A model generated the notes under the pieces. That model did not search any database and was not told where the DNA came from. It saw only the letters and a list, made by a program, of their open reading frames with translations. DNA of 64,000 bases from positions 608,001-672,000 of the forward strand of contig CBDCRW010000006.1 in the NCBI GenBank assembly GCA_965221125.1, read 5' to 3'. This DNA is from Alphaproteobacteria bacterium. GTDB lineage: Bacteria; Pseudomonadota; Alphaproteobacteria; UBA828. Made by a program: the position numbers and the translations under genes. Below are positions 44,168 to 55,252 of this stretch, in pieces. Every line of letters begins with the position of its first letter. Position 1 is the first letter of the stretch.

Positions 44168-45391
44168 ATGGCCACCACCGCCGCCCTGATCGTCGCCGCC
44201 GGGCGCGGCCACCGGGTCGGCGGGCCGCTGCCCAAGCAGTACCGCCAGCTCGCGGGGCGCACGGTGCTGGGCCACAGCGTGCGGCGCCTCACGGCGCATC
44301 CCCGCATCGACCGGGTGCGCGTGGTGATCAACCCCGCGGACCGCGCGCTTTACGACGACGCGGTGCAGGGGAGCGAAGGCGCCGAGGCCGGCACGCTGCT
44401 GGAGCCGGTCGCAGGCGGCGCGACGCGGCAGGAATCGGTGCGGAACGGGCTCGAGAGCCTTGCGGAGGCCCCGCCCGCGCTGGTGCTGATCCACGACGGC
44501 GCCCGCCCGCTGGTGACGGACACGGTGATCGACGGCGCCCTCGACGCCTTGGCCGGCCACGACGGCGCGCTGCCGGCGCTCGCGGTGAGCGACAGCCTCA
44601 AGCGGGCGGCGCCGGGCAGCGTCCTGGTCGCGGGCGCGGTGGCGCGCGAGGGGCTCTGGCGGGCGCAGACCCCGCAGGGTTTTCGTTATCCAGAAATTCT
44701 CGACGCCCACCGGGCTGCGGCCGGCGCGGCGCTCACCGACGATGCCGCCGTGGCGGAGCAGGCGGGGCTTTCCGTCGCGCTCACGGCCGGCGACGAGGAC
44801 AACCTCAAGATCACCACCGAGCAGGATTTTTCGCGCGCCGAGCGCATCATGGCGGCGCATGGCGCGCGCGACGCCGACGTTGCGGCTGCGCTCGAGACCC
44901 GCGTCGGCATGGGCTTCGATGTCCATCGCTTCGGCCCCGGCGATCACCTCATGCTGGGCGGCGTCGCGGTGCCGCACGAGCTTGGCGTGGTCAGCCATTC
45001 CGACGGCGACGTGGTGCTGCACGCCATCGTGGACGCGGTGCTGGGCGCGCTGGCGGCGGGCGATATCGGCACCCACTTCCCGCCCTCGGACGAGACCTGG
45101 CGGGACGCGGATTCCGCGCACTTCGTGGCGCACACGCTGGAATTGCTGAGGGAGCGGGGCGGGCAGCTCGACCACGTGGATGTCACGCTGATCTGCCAGC
45201 GGCCCCGGATCGGCCCGCACCGGGCCGCCATGCTGGCGCGGCTCGCCGCGCTTCTGGGCTTATCCCCTGCACGCATCAGCCTGAAGGCGACGACGACGGA
45301 GCGCCTCGGCTTCACTGGGCGGGGCGAAGGCATCGCCGCGCAGGCGGTGGCCACGGTGCGCCTGCCCGCCGGGGGCGGCGATGACGGCTGA
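44168..45391 (+). CDS. ispDF: Bifunctional IspD/IspF
   Basis: [29 protein letters not shown], then [25 protein letters not shown]. Confidence 0.97.
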   Translation: MATTAALIVAAGRGHRVGGPLPKQYRQLAGRTVLGHSVRRLTAHPRIDRVRVVINPADRALYDDAVQGSEGAEAGTLLEPVAGGATRQESVRNGLESLAEAPPALVLIHDGARPLVTDTVIDGALDALAGHDGALPALAVSDSLKRAAPGSVLVAGAVAREGLWRAQTPQGFRYPEILDAHRAAAGAALTDDAAVAEQAGLSVALTAGDEDNLKITTEQDFSRAERIMAAHGARDADVAAALETRVGMGFDVHRFGPGDHLMLGGVAVPHELGVVSHSDGDVVLHAIVDAVLGALAAGDIGTHFPPSDETWRDADSAHFVAHTLELLRERGGQLDHVDVTLICQRPRIGPHRAAMLARLAALLGLSPARISLKATTTERLGFTGRGEGIAAQAVATVRLPAGGGDDG

Positions 45392-45866
45392 GGCGGGCGC
45401 GGCGCGGCTCGACCTGCGCGATCCCGCGACCCTGGTCGCGACCTGGTTCGGCACCGGGCTCACACGCTGGGCGCCGGGCACGGCGGCGTCTGCGCTGGCG
45501 CTGCCGGCCGCGTGGCTGCTCAGGAGCTACACCGGCGAGCTTGGCCTCGCCATCGCGGCGCTGGTCCTCTTCGCGATCGGCGTCTGGGCGGCGGCGGCGT
45601 GCGAGCGGCGCACCGGGGTGCGCGATTCGCCCGCCATCGTGGTCGACGAGGTGGCCGGGCAGTGGATCGCCCTCCTGCTGGTGCCGGCAGACCCGGCCGC
45701 CTACGGCATCGGCTTCGTGCTGTTCCGTCTGTTCGACGTGGTAAAGCCCTGGCCGATCGGCCTGATCGACCGGCACGTGAAGGGCGGCGTCGGCGTCATG
45801 CTGGATGACGTGGTCGCCGGCGTGTTCGCGGCGGTGGTGCTGTGGACCGTATGGGTGTGGCTGTGA
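45381..45866 (+). CDS. pgpA: Phosphatidylglycerophosphatase A
   Basis: [33 protein letters not shown]. Confidence 0.96.
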   Translation: MTAEAGAARLDLRDPATLVATWFGTGLTRWAPGTAASALALPAAWLLRSYTGELGLAIAALVLFAIGVWAAAACERRTGVRDSPAIVVDEVAGQWIALLLVPADPAAYGIGFVLFRLFDVVKPWPIGLIDRHVKGGVGVMLDDVVAGVFAAVVLWTVWVWL

Positions 45867-46363
45867 CCTTTCCCGGCAACGTGAGCAACAAGGCGGAGCG
45901 CCTGCTCGCGCTCTGCCGGGCGCGGGGCTTGCGCGTCGCCACGGCGGAATCCTGCACCGGCGGGCTGATCGCCGCCTGCCTGACCGAGATCGCAGGCTCC
46001 TCGGATGTCGTGGACCGGGGCTTCGTGACCTATTCCAACGAGGCCAAGCACGACCTGCTGGGCGTGCCCGAGGCGCTGCTGGCGAGCGTGGGCGCGGTCA
46101 GCGAGGAGGTGGCGCGGGCGATGGCGGAAGGCGCGCTCGAACGCTCCGACGCCGATCTCGCGGTGGCGGTGACCGGCATCGCAGGCCCCGGCGGTGCGAC
46201 GGAGAGCAAGCCCGTGGGCCTGGTGCACCACGCCTGCGCGGGGCCGGGCGGCGCGGTCCTCCACCGGCGCGTGGTCTATCTGGGCGATCGCGGCGGGGTG
46301 CGGCTTGCGACCGTGGAGACCGCGCTCGACATGCTGATCGACGGTGCCGAGCGGAGGAGCTAA
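45863..46363 (+). CDS. pncC: CinA C-terminal domain protein (NMN amidohydrolase)
   Basis: [29 protein letters not shown]. Confidence 0.92.
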   Translation: MTFPGNVSNKAERLLALCRARGLRVATAESCTGGLIAACLTEIAGSSDVVDRGFVTYSNEAKHDLLGVPEALLASVGAVSEEVARAMAEGALERSDADLAVAVTGIAGPGGATESKPVGLVHHACAGPGGAVLHRRVVYLGDRGGVRLATVETALDMLIDGAERRS

Positions 46364-47522
46364 CGCCCTGGCGGCGAGCGCGACGACCGAGCCAGTACAG
46401 GCGCGGGACGCGATCCTCGCCCACGCCAGGGCGCTCGGCTTCCAGGCCGTAGGGGTGGCGAGCGCGGACGGCGCGCCAGAGGATGCGGAAGCGCTCCGGG
46501 AGTTCCTGCGCCTCGGCTACGCCGGCGACATGGCGTGGCTGCCGCGCACGGCGGAGAGGCGGGCGGCCCCCCGTGCGCTCTGGCCGGAAGCCCGCAGTGT
46601 CGTCGTGGTGGGGCTCAACTACGGCCCGGCGCACGATCCGCTCCGCCTGCTGGAGGCGCCGGCGCGGGGGATCGTCTCGGCCTACGCGCAGGGCCGGGAC
46701 TACCACGACGTGATGAAGGGAAGGCTGCGGCGCCTCGCCCGCTTCGTCGTGGAGACCTTCGGGGCGGAGGTGAAGCTCTTCGTGGACACGGCGCCGGTGA
46801 TGGAGAAGCCGCTGGCGGCGCGCGCCGGCATCGGCTGGCAGGGCAAGCACACGAACCTGGTCTCCCGCGAGCACGGCTCCTGGCTCTTTCTCGGCGAGCT
46901 GTTCACGACCCTCGATATCGCGCCCGACAAGGGCGAGGCGGACCACTGCGGCTCCTGCCGCCAATGCCTCGACGTGTGTCCGACCGATGCCTTCCCCGCG
47001 CCCTACCGGCTCGACGCCCGGCGCTGCATCTCGTACCTCACCATCGAGCACAAGGGCCACATCGCGCCCGAATACCGCGCGGCGATGGGCAACAGGATCT
47101 ATGGCTGCGACGACTGCCTCGCAGTCTGCCCCTGGAACAAGTTCGCAAGCCGGACGACGGACTACGCCTTCCTGCCGCGCGCGGAGCTGACGGCGCCCCG
47201 GCTCGCCGACCTCGCAGAACTGGACGACGCGACGTTCAGGACGGTCTTCTCCGGCAGCCCGATCAAGCGGCTCGGGCGGGACCGCTTCGTGCGCAACGTG
47301 CTGATCGCCATCGGCAACTGCGGGGACGCGGGGGTCTGGCCGGCAGCGCAGCGGCTGCTGGGCGACGGCTCCCCGCTGGTGCGCGCGATGGCGGTCTGGG
47401 CGTCGCGGCGGCTCCTGGCCCCGGCCGGGTTCGCCGCGCTCCGCGCGCGCCACGAGCCTGCCGAGCGCGACCCTGCGGTGCTGGCGGAGTGGCAGGGTCA
47501 CGCCGGGGCCGGCGGCGCCTGA
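46344..47522 (+). CDS. queG: Epoxyqueuosine reductase
   Basis: [50 protein letters not shown]. Confidence 0.97.
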   Translation: MPSGGANALAASATTEPVQARDAILAHARALGFQAVGVASADGAPEDAEALREFLRLGYAGDMAWLPRTAERRAAPRALWPEARSVVVVGLNYGPAHDPLRLLEAPARGIVSAYAQGRDYHDVMKGRLRRLARFVVETFGAEVKLFVDTAPVMEKPLAARAGIGWQGKHTNLVSREHGSWLFLGELFTTLDIAPDKGEADHCGSCRQCLDVCPTDAFPAPYRLDARRCISYLTIEHKGHIAPEYRAAMGNRIYGCDDCLAVCPWNKFASRTTDYAFLPRAELTAPRLADLAELDDATFRTVFSGSPIKRLGRDRFVRNVLIAIGNCGDAGVWPAAQRLLGDGSPLVRAMAVWASRRLLAPAGFAALRARHEPAERDPAVLAEWQGHAGAGGA

Positions 47523-47524
47523 CC

Positions 47525-48418
47525 ATGGCGGGGAAAGCGGGCAAGCGGCTCTTCTGCTTCGGCTACGGGTTCAGCGCCTCTGCCTTGGGCGCGCTGCTGA
47601 GCCCCGCCGGCTGGTCGCTCGCCGGCACGTGCCGGACTTGGGAAGGATGCGCGGCGCTGGCGGAGGCTGGCGTCGAGGCCGTCCCGTTTTCGCGCGAGGC
47701 GCCGCTGGCGGACCCGGCGGGGTGCCTGGCAGGCGCGACCCACATCCTGCTTTCCATCCCGCCCGATGACGTGGGTGATGCGGCGCTCGACCGCCACGGC
47801 GCCGATATCGCCGCGCTCTCGGGCGTGGAATGGATCGGCTATCTGTCCACTACCGGGGTCTACGGCGATACCGGCGGCGCCTGGATGGACGAGACCGCGG
47901 CACCGGCGCCCACCGGGGCGCGCGGCCGGCGCAGGCTCGCGGCGGAGAACGCCTGGCTTGCCTTCGGCGCGCGCCACGGCCTCGCCACCCAGGTCTTCCG
48001 CCTGGCGGGGATCTACGGGCCGGGGCGGAACGCGCTGGTTGCCGTGCGGCGCGGCGCGGCCAGGCGGATCGCGAAGCCGGGCCACGTGTTCTCGCGCATC
48101 CACGTGGCCGATATCGCGCGGGTGCTGGCCGCCTCCATCGCGCGGCCGCGGCCCGGCGCCATCTATAACGTCTGCGACGACGAGCCGGCGGCGGGAGCGG
48201 ATGTCGTGGCCCACGCCTGCGCCCTGCTGGGTGTCGCGCCGCCGCCGCTCGTGCCGTTGGCGGACGCCGACCTCACCCCGATGGCGCGAAGCTTTTATGC
48301 CGACAACCGGCGGGTCTCCAACGCCCGCATCAAGGAGGAGCTTGGCGTCGCGCTGAAATTTCCCGATTACCGGGCCGGCCTCGCCAGCCTGCTCGCGGAC
48401 GAAGCCGGCGCGGATTAG
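47525..48418 (+). CDS. NAD-dependent epimerase/dehydratase (atypical SDR)
   Basis: FGYGFSA, YLSTTGVYGD, FRLAGIYGPGR, FSRIHVAD. Typical queG neighbour. Confidence 0.9.
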   Translation: MAGKAGKRLFCFGYGFSASALGALLSPAGWSLAGTCRTWEGCAALAEAGVEAVPFSREAPLADPAGCLAGATHILLSIPPDDVGDAALDRHGADIAALSGVEWIGYLSTTGVYGDTGGAWMDETAAPAPTGARGRRRLAAENAWLAFGARHGLATQVFRLAGIYGPGRNALVAVRRGAARRIAKPGHVFSRIHVADIARVLAASIARPRPGAIYNVCDDEPAAGADVVAHACALLGVAPPPLVPLADADLTPMARSFYADNRRVSNARIKEELGVALKFPDYRAGLASLLADEAGAD

Positions 48419-49155
48419 CCGACGGCGGCGAGGCCGGGGAAGGCCTCGAGCAGCCAGAAGGCGACGGAACTGAGATAGCCGGTAATCAGCGCGGCTCCCA
48501 TGGCGATGAGGATGACGCCCGCGCCGACCTGGAGCGGCTTGCTGATCCTGCGGATGCGCCGCATGTGGCGCAGGAAGGCGCCGGTGAACGCGGCCGCGAT
48601 CAGGAAGGGGACGCCGAGGCCGAGCGAGTAGACCGCGAGCAGCGCGACGCCGCGGCCGACATCGGCGGAGGTCGCGGTGAGCGTGAGGATGCCGCCGAGG
48701 ACGGGCCCGATGCAGGGGGTCCAGCCGAAGGCGAAGGCCGCGCCCAGCAGGTACGCGCTCGCGGGCCGCCCGCCGGCGATGCGGCCGGCGAAGCGCATCT
48801 CGCGCTCGAAGAAGGGGATGCGGATCAGACCGGTGAGGTAGATGCCGAAGACGATGATCACGCCGCCCGCGACGTGCTCGAAGATCGTCTTGTGCTGCAG
48901 CAGGAAGCCGCCCACGGCGCTCGCGCTCGCGCCGAGTGCGACGAAGACCGTCGTGAAGCCGAGGACGAAGAAGGCGCTCAGCATCATCGCCGCGAGGCGG
49001 CGGCGAGAGATGCCCTGGTCGTCCCGCAGCTCCTCCAGGGAGCCGCCGGCGACGTAGGAGACGTAGCCCGGCACCAGCGGCAGAACGCAGGGGGAGAGGA
49101 AGGAGATCAGCCCGGCGGCGAAGACCGAGGCGATGCTGACGGCGGAGATGTCCAT
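48415..49155 (-). CDS. ccdA: Cytochrome c biogenesis protein CcdA
   Basis: SFLSPCVLPLVP and GWTPCIGP, 6 TM. Confidence 0.95.
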   Translation of the reverse strand: MDISAVSIASVFAAGLISFLSPCVLPLVPGYVSYVAGGSLEELRDDQGISRRRLAAMMLSAFFVLGFTTVFVALGASASAVGGFLLQHKTIFEHVAGGVIIVFGIYLTGLIRIPFFEREMRFAGRIAGGRPASAYLLGAAFAFGWTPCIGPVLGGILTLTATSADVGRGVALLAVYSLGLGVPFLIAAAFTGAFLRHMRRIRRISKPLQVGAGVILIAMGAALITGYLSSVAFWLLEAFPGLAAVG

Positions 49156-49191
49156 GGCTGGTCGGCCGGCGGCCTGTGCGTCTCCGGTCCC

Positions 49192-49797
49192 CTACTCGAT
49201 GATGTGGCGCACCAGCGCGATCACGTCGGGATCGGACCAGTCGCGATCGCCCAGCACGCGGGCGACCTCCGCGCCCTCGGCATTGATGAAGACCGTGGCG
49301 GGGATGCCGTGCACCCGGAGCGCGCGGCCGGCCGCCATCTTCTCGTCGATCATGACCGGCAGCGTGACGAGGTCGTGGTCGTTGTAGTAGTTGCGGACGA
49401 GCGGGGCGCCGTCGCGGTCGAGCGAGAGCGGCAGGATGACCAGGTCGTCGCCAAATTCCCGCTGCAGCGCGTCCATGGTCGGCATCTCGGCCCGGCAGGG
49501 GAAGCACCAGGTCGCCCAGAAGTGCACGGCGACGGGCGTGCCCCTGTAGTCCGCGAGGGTCAGCTCCTCGCCGGCCTCGTCGGTGAACGCGATGGGCGGC
49601 GGCTCGATCGGCCCGTCGCTCACGACCAGGTTGAGGATCGCGCTGCCGTCGATGCGCTTGTCGAGCGCGCGCAACTCATCGCCTTCGGCGGCGAGCAGGG
49701 AGCCTGCGTAGAGTGCGGCGCCGATCACGGCGACGGCGGCGGCGAAGCGCCCGAGGGTTCGGAGTGAGGTCATGGCCGTGGTTCCCGTGTCTGCCAA
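49192..49797 (-). CDS. TlpA-family disulfide reductase
   Basis: N-terminal signal/TM, FWATWCFPCRAEMP, GIPAT. Confidence 0.92.
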   Translation of the reverse strand: MADTGTTAMTSLRTLGRFAAAVAVIGAALYAGSLLAAEGDELRALDKRIDGSAILNLVVSDGPIEPPPIAFTDEAGEELTLADYRGTPVAVHFWATWCFPCRAEMPTMDALQREFGDDLVILPLSLDRDGAPLVRNYYNDHDLVTLPVMIDEKMAAGRALRVHGIPATVFINAEGAEVARVLGDRDWSDPDVIALVRHIIE

Positions 49798-49838
49798 CCG
49801 CTCATGCGGGCATAGATAGTAAGCCCGATGCCTGCTGC

Positions 49839-50657
49839 CTAGCGCCCCGCGGCGCGCTCACCATGATTTGAAGGCGGCTGAGCCTCGCTGGCTCCGGCAA
49901 TCGCATCGACGGCCGCGCAGAGGCGGGCGAGGTCCTCGTCGCGCGAGAGGCGGTGGTCGCCGTCCTTCACCAGCTCGACCGCGACGCGCTCGCTCGTGAC
50001 CCGCTCGGCGATCCGCAGAGCGGTGCGCCAGGGCACGTCGTCATCGCGCATGCCCTGCAGCAGGTGGATCGGGCAATCGAGCGCGATGGGTGCGCGCAGC
50101 AGGAGGTGATCGCGCCCCTCCTCGATCAGGCCCATGGTGATGGGATAGGGGTCCTCGCCGTAGTCGCAGGGCATGACGATTTCGCCGGCCTCGGCGAGGC
50201 CCTGCCGCGCCGCGTCGTCGAGGGTGGACCAGATGAGGTCCTCCGTGAAATCCGGCGCCGCCGCGACGCCGACGATGCCCGCCACGCGCTCGGGCCGCGC
50301 CAGGGCCACCAGCAGCATGATCCAGCCGCCCATGCTGGAGCCTACCAGGATCTGCGGGCCGCTCGCGACCTCGTCGAGCACGGCGAGGGCATCGTCCCGC
50401 CACGCGCCGATGGTGCCGTCCCGGAACGCGCCGCCGGACTCGCCGTGGCCGGAATAGTCGAAGCGCACGAAGGCGCGGCCGGCGCGGCGGCAGTGGGCGT
50501 CGAGCGCCGTGGCCTTGGTGCCTGTCATGTCCGACATGAAGCCGCCGAGGAACATCACGCCCGGCCCCGCGCCCTCCCGCACGCGGTAGGCGATGGCCTC
50601 GCCGCCGGGGCGATGCATCAGCGATGGCGGCGGAAGGTTCTGCATGGGCTCGCTCAT
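49839..50657 (-). CDS. Alpha/beta hydrolase (ABHD10-like)
   Basis: GGFMSDMTGTKA, RFDYSGHGES, GSSMGG, DGDHRLS. Confidence 0.92.
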   Translation of the reverse strand: MSEPMQNLPPPSLMHRPGGEAIAYRVREGAGPGVMFLGGFMSDMTGTKATALDAHCRRAGRAFVRFDYSGHGESGGAFRDGTIGAWRDDALAVLDEVASGPQILVGSSMGGWIMLLVALARPERVAGIVGVAAAPDFTEDLIWSTLDDAARQGLAEAGEIVMPCDYGEDPYPITMGLIEEGRDHLLLRAPIALDCPIHLLQGMRDDDVPWRTALRIAERVTSERVAVELVKDGDHRLSRDEDLARLCAAVDAIAGASEAQPPSNHGERAAGR

Positions 50658-50679
50658 TCGATCCGGATGGCGGCCTGTC

Positions 50680-52095
50680 CTAATGAAACTCGACGTAGCG
50701 GTAGTCGAGGGGCTGGCCGTGGATGCCGCGCTTCGGCGGGGCGATCCAGCCGGCGACCCCGCCTGGCTCGGTCACCGGGTGCATCAGGGACTCGACGAAC
50801 GCGCGGTCCTCCGCGCTCGGCAGCCAGTCGTCGCGCTTTGCCGCCCAGGTCGCGTCGTCCACCAGCGTGCCGTCAGGCGCCGCACGGATGCCGGCGAAGG
50901 CGCCGATGTTGCGGTTGAAGACGCGGTGCGGCAGGCGCAGCTCGCAGTCGATGTCGAACGAGCGGGTCACCTTGTTGAAGCGGTTGAGGCCGCGCTGGCT
51001 GTCGTCCACGTAGGAATCGCGCAGCGTCTCGTTCATCGCCTTCAGCGCCGTCACCTCCCTGGCCGAGACCTTGCCGCCGTCCATGGCGGGCACCTTGACC
51101 ATGCGGTCCGTGAGCACGTGGTCGTCGTCGATCTTCGTCTCCTGGTAGCGGCCCTTCAGCCCCATGGCGTAGTAGTTGGCGGCGTTGGTCGATTCCTCGG
51201 AGCCGAAGAGGTCGAGGCAGATCGAGTAGTGGAGGTTGATCCACTTCTGCAGCAGCGCGAGCGGGATGGCGCCGAAGGGGGCGACGTCGTCGGTATCGTG
51301 CGCGCGCATCGTCTCGCAGGTCCGCTGCACGATGCGCATGACGCCGGATTCGCCCACGAACATGTGGTGGGCCTCCTCGGTCAGCATGAAGCGGCAGGTG
51401 CGCGACAACGGATCGAAACCGGACTCCGCGAGCGCGCAGAGCTGGAACTTGCCGTCACGGTCCTGGAAGAAGGTGTACATGAAGAAGGAGAGCCAGTCGT
51501 CGGTGGGCTCGTTGAAGGCCTCCAGCGTGCGGGGCTTGTCGGCGTCGCCTGCGTGGCGGGCCAGCAGCTCCTCCGCCTCCTCGCGCCCGTCGCGGCCGAA
51601 GAAGGCGTGCAGCAGGTAGACCATCGCCCAGAGGTGGCGGCCCTCCTCGACGTTGACCTGGTAGAGGTTGCGGAGGTCGTAGAGCGAGGGCGCGGTGAGC
51701 CCGAGCCGGCGCTGCTGCTCCACCGACGCGGGCTCGGTGTCGCCCTGGATGACGATGAGGCGCCGCAGCTCCGCGCGGTATTCGCCTGGCAGCTCCTGCC
51801 ACGCGGGCTCGCCCTTGTGGATGCCGAAGTTGATGCGCCGGTCGGCCTCGGGCTCGGCCAGGAAGATGCCCCAGCGGTAGTCGGGCATCCTGACGTGGTC
51901 GAAGTGCGCCCAGCCGTCGGAATCGACGCCGATGGCGGTGCGCAGGTAGACGTCGTGCTGCAATGCGCCGACGGGGCCGAGGTGGCGCCACCAGTCGAGG
52001 AAGGCCGGCTGCCAGCGCTCGAGCGCGCGCAGCAGGCGGCGGTCGTCGGCGAGGCCCACGTTGTTGGGGATGCGTTCGTTCAGGTCGACCCGCAT
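50680..52095 (-). CDS. boxB: Benzoyl-CoA 2,3-epoxidase subunit B
   Basis: IPNNV.L, YRWGIFL, di-iron motifs QGDTEPASVE, VEEGRH, DRDGKFQL, TEEAHH. Confidence 0.96.
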   Translation of the reverse strand: MRVDLNERIPNNVGLADDRRLLRALERWQPAFLDWWRHLGPVGALQHDVYLRTAIGVDSDGWAHFDHVRMPDYRWGIFLAEPEADRRINFGIHKGEPAWQELPGEYRAELRRLIVIQGDTEPASVEQQRRLGLTAPSLYDLRNLYQVNVEEGRHLWAMVYLLHAFFGRDGREEAEELLARHAGDADKPRTLEAFNEPTDDWLSFFMYTFFQDRDGKFQLCALAESGFDPLSRTCRFMLTEEAHHMFVGESGVMRIVQRTCETMRAHDTDDVAPFGAIPLALLQKWINLHYSICLDLFGSEESTNAANYYAMGLKGRYQETKIDDDHVLTDRMVKVPAMDGGKVSAREVTALKAMNETLRDSYVDDSQRGLNRFNKVTRSFDIDCELRLPHRVFNRNIGAFAGIRAAPDGTLVDDATWAAKRDDWLPSAEDRAFVESLMHPVTEPGGVAGWIAPPKRGIHGQPLDYRYVEFH

Positions 52096-52110
52096 CGGCT
52101 TCTCCCGGTG

Positions 52111-53760
52111 CTAGACACGGTTGCGGTCGAAGGTGGGCTGCACGCCCGACCCGTAGAGCTTGAGCGCGCCGTCGGGGCCGACGGTGTTGGGGCGCTGAAA
52201 GATCCAGTTCTGCCAGGCGGAGAGGCGGCCGAAGATCTTGGTCTCGAGCGTCTCCGGCCCGGCGAAGCGGAGAGAGGCCTCCATGCCGGAGAGCGCGTCG
52301 GGCGAGAAGGCCGCGCGCGCCTCGATGGCGACGCGGACCTCGTCCTCCCAGTCGATATCGTCGGGCGCGAAGGTGACGAGGCCGAGCGCGTCCGCCGCCT
52401 CGGCGTCGAGGTTGTCGCCCACGGCATCGAGCGCCGCGGCGAGCGCCGCGTCGTCGCCGAAGAAGCGGCTCGCGAGCCGCGACAGCCCGTTCGCCATCGG
52501 CAGCGGGCCGGTGTTCATCGCCGTGAGCCGCACCGTCGCCGGCGCGAGGTTCGACTCCTCGAAGGTGCCGTCCAGCATGAAGCTGCGATCGGCGGCAAGC
52601 GCCAGCTCCAGCAGCGTGCCGGTGAAGCAGGAGCCCGGCTCGATCAGCGCGACGAGGCTGCGCGCGCTCACGTCGAGGCGCTTGAGCGTGCGCTTGAGGT
52701 AGAGGGTGATCTCGCGCACCAGCCAGTCGCCGGCGTGATCGGCGAGCGCGGCATCGGCCGCGGCGACATGGTCGGCCGCGCCCGCCGTCCTGAGGATCCA
52801 GGTGCCGAGCGTTGGCTCGTTGAAGCGGAGATGCAGGATCGCGTCGTCGAGCTCGCGCGCGAGCGCCAGCGGCCAGAAGTCGGGGCCGGCGGCGTGGATC
52901 GCGGCGGGCTCGGCAGGCGGCGGCGCGTCGGGCGCGGAGACCGTGAGCGTCGCCGTGCCCTGCGCCCGGTCGAGCGCGACGTGGACGTGGGCGTAGGCGA
53001 TGGCGTCGTCACTCACGCTGCGGGCAAGCGGGGTGAGCGCGATTCCCTGCGTATCGGCCGGCCGGTCCGAGCCCTCGGCAAGCGCAGTAGCGCGGGCGGC
53101 CACGGCGTCGCCCAGGCGGGAGCGCGGCACCAGCTCGTCGACCAGGTTCCACTCCAGCGCGCGGCGCCCGCGCACGCCTTCGCCGGTGGTGCAGAAGAAG
53201 TCGGCACGGTCTCGGCGCACACAGCGCTTGTCGACGACGCGCGTGAGCCCGCCGGTGCCCGGCAGGACCGCGAGCAGCGGCACCTCGGGCAGCGACACGG
53301 CGGTCGAGCCGTCATCCACCAGGAGGATGTGGTCGGTGGCGAGCGCCAGCTCGTAGCCGCCGCCCGCGGCGGTGCCGGCGACCACGGTCATCCAGCGCTG
53401 GCCGGAGTTGGCGGACGCGTCCTCGATGGCGTTGCGGGTCTCGTTGGTGAACTTGCAGAAGTTGACCTTGTCGATGTGGGACGAGCGGGAGAGCATCGCG
53501 ATGTTGGCGCCGGCGCAGAACACGCGGTCCTTCGCGGACGTGAGCACCACGGCGCGCACCTGCGGGTGCTCGAAGCGGAGCCGCTGGACGGCGTCGTGGA
53601 GCTCGATATCGACGCCGAGGTCGTAGGAGTTGAGCTTGAGCGTGTAGTCGCCGGCGATGGCACCGTTCTCGTCCACGTCGAGCGCGAGCGTGGCGATGGC
53701 GCCGTCCACGGAGAGCCGCCAGTGGCGGTAGTCGTCCGGCCGGGTGCGGAAGTCGATCAT
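52111..53760 (-). CDS. boxC: 2,3-epoxybenzoyl-CoA dihydrolase
   Basis: MIDFRT.P..YRHW, LKLNSYDLGVDIEL, KVNFCKFTNETR, PGTGGLTR, WQNWIFQRPN. Confidence 0.96.
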   Translation of the reverse strand: MIDFRTRPDDYRHWRLSVDGAIATLALDVDENGAIAGDYTLKLNSYDLGVDIELHDAVQRLRFEHPQVRAVVLTSAKDRVFCAGANIAMLSRSSHIDKVNFCKFTNETRNAIEDASANSGQRWMTVVAGTAAGGGYELALATDHILLVDDGSTAVSLPEVPLLAVLPGTGGLTRVVDKRCVRRDRADFFCTTGEGVRGRRALEWNLVDELVPRSRLGDAVAARATALAEGSDRPADTQGIALTPLARSVSDDAIAYAHVHVALDRAQGTATLTVSAPDAPPPAEPAAIHAAGPDFWPLALARELDDAILHLRFNEPTLGTWILRTAGAADHVAAADAALADHAGDWLVREITLYLKRTLKRLDVSARSLVALIEPGSCFTGTLLELALAADRSFMLDGTFEESNLAPATVRLTAMNTGPLPMANGLSRLASRFFGDDAALAAALDAVGDNLDAEAADALGLVTFAPDDIDWEDEVRVAIEARAAFSPDALSGMEASLRFAGPETLETKIFGRLSAWQNWIFQRPNTVGPDGALKLYGSGVQPTFDRNRV

Positions 53761-53879
53761 CGTCTCCGTCGTCCGTCGGGAAGCCGGGCCGCTCCCCGAT
53801 TGAGACCGCGTTGCGCAGACTATATGGCGTCTCCCGGCCCGCCATCCACGGAAATCGGGGCGCGGCACGCCGAGCGGGG

Positions 53880-55196
53880 CTACTCCTTGGGGCGCAGGTC
53901 GAAGACCCGCCTGGCCTTGCCGCCGGAGCGCTCGATCGAGCCGGGCTCGCCGACCCTGACCGTGCTGCCGATGCCGACGAGCGCCCTGATGCGCCCCGCG
54001 AGGTCGCGCGCTGCCGCCTTCCGGCTCTCGCTGCCGGCGGCGTCGGGCTTGGCCTCGACCACGACCGTCAGCTCGTCGAGACGGCCGGGCCGCGAGACCT
54101 CGAGGTAGTAGTGCGGCGAGAGGCGCGAGTCCTCCAGCACGATCTCCTCGATGAACGACGGGAAAAGGTTGACGCCGCGGATGATCAGCATGTCGTCGTT
54201 GCGCCCCGTGACGCGGCGCATCCGCCGCATGGTGCGCGCGGTGCCGGGCAGCAGCCGGGTAAGGTCGCGGGTGCGGTAGCGCACGATGGGGCAGGCCTCC
54301 TTGGTCAGCGAGGTGATGACCAGCTCGCCCGCCCCGCCGTCGGGCAGGACGGCGCCGGTCTCGGGATCGACGACCTCGGGGTAGAAGTGGTCCTCCCAGA
54401 TGTGGAGGCCGTCCTTGTCCTCTATGCATTCGACCGAGACGCCGGGGCCGATGGCCTCGGAGCAGCCGTAGATGTCGATCGCCTGCATGGTGAAGCGGGC
54501 CTCGATCTCGGCGCGCATCGCCTCGGTCCAGGGTTCCGCGCCGTGCACGCCGATCTGCAGCGAGGAGCGCCGCGGGTCCACGCCCAGACGCTCGAACTCG
54601 TCGGCGATGGCCAGCATGTAGGAGGGCGTGGCGGCGATGACCCGGGGCTCGAAGTCGCAGATCATGCCGACCTGACGCTCGGTGAAGCCGCCGGAGGCCG
54701 GGACCACGGTGCAGCCCAGCTTCTCGGCGCCCGCGTGCAAGCCGAGGCCGCCGGTGAAGAGCCCGTAGCCGTAGGCGATGTGCACCATGTCGCCGGCGCG
54801 CGTGCCGGCGGCGCGCAGGCAGCGGGCGACGAGGGACGCCCACGTCTCCAGGTCGGCCCTGGTGTAGCCGACGACCGTGGGGATTCCGGTGGTGCCGCTC
54901 GACGCGTGGACGCGCATGATCTGCTCGATGGGCACCGCGAACATGTCGAAGGGGTAGCCCAGGCGGAGGTCGTCCTTGACCGTGAAGGGGAAGCTGGCGA
55001 GATCGTCGAGGGAGGCGAGGTCGGCCGGGCTCACGCCGGCCTCGTCGAAGCTCCTCCTGTAGTGGCCGATATTGTCGTAGGCGCGCGCGAGGGTTGCGCG
55101 GAGCCGGGTAAGCTGCAGCGCGGCGATTTCGTCGCGGCTCGCGGTCTCGATCGGGTCGAGCTCGTCCGGGCGCGGGGGGCGAGCGGGCTCGGTCAT
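53880..55196 (-). CDS. paaK: Phenylacetate-CoA ligase family protein
   Basis: IETASRDE, YPFDMFAVP, HASSGTTG, YGYGLFTGGLG, DIYG.SE..GPG, RYRTRD, IIRGVN. GGAGG RBS. Confidence 0.9.
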   Translation of the reverse strand: MTEPARPPRPDELDPIETASRDEIAALQLTRLRATLARAYDNIGHYRRSFDEAGVSPADLASLDDLASFPFTVKDDLRLGYPFDMFAVPIEQIMRVHASSGTTGIPTVVGYTRADLETWASLVARCLRAAGTRAGDMVHIAYGYGLFTGGLGLHAGAEKLGCTVVPASGGFTERQVGMICDFEPRVIAATPSYMLAIADEFERLGVDPRRSSLQIGVHGAEPWTEAMRAEIEARFTMQAIDIYGCSEAIGPGVSVECIEDKDGLHIWEDHFYPEVVDPETGAVLPDGGAGELVITSLTKEACPIVRYRTRDLTRLLPGTARTMRRMRRVTGRNDDMLIIRGVNLFPSFIEEIVLEDSRLSPHYYLEVSRPGRLDELTVVVEAKPDAAGSESRKAAARDLAGRIRALVGIGSTVRVGEPGSIERSGGKARRVFDLRPKE

Positions 55197-55252
55197 GGCA
55201 TCCCTCCAGCAGTGGGGCACCATAACCCATCGCGCGCCGGGCGGCCGTCCGT

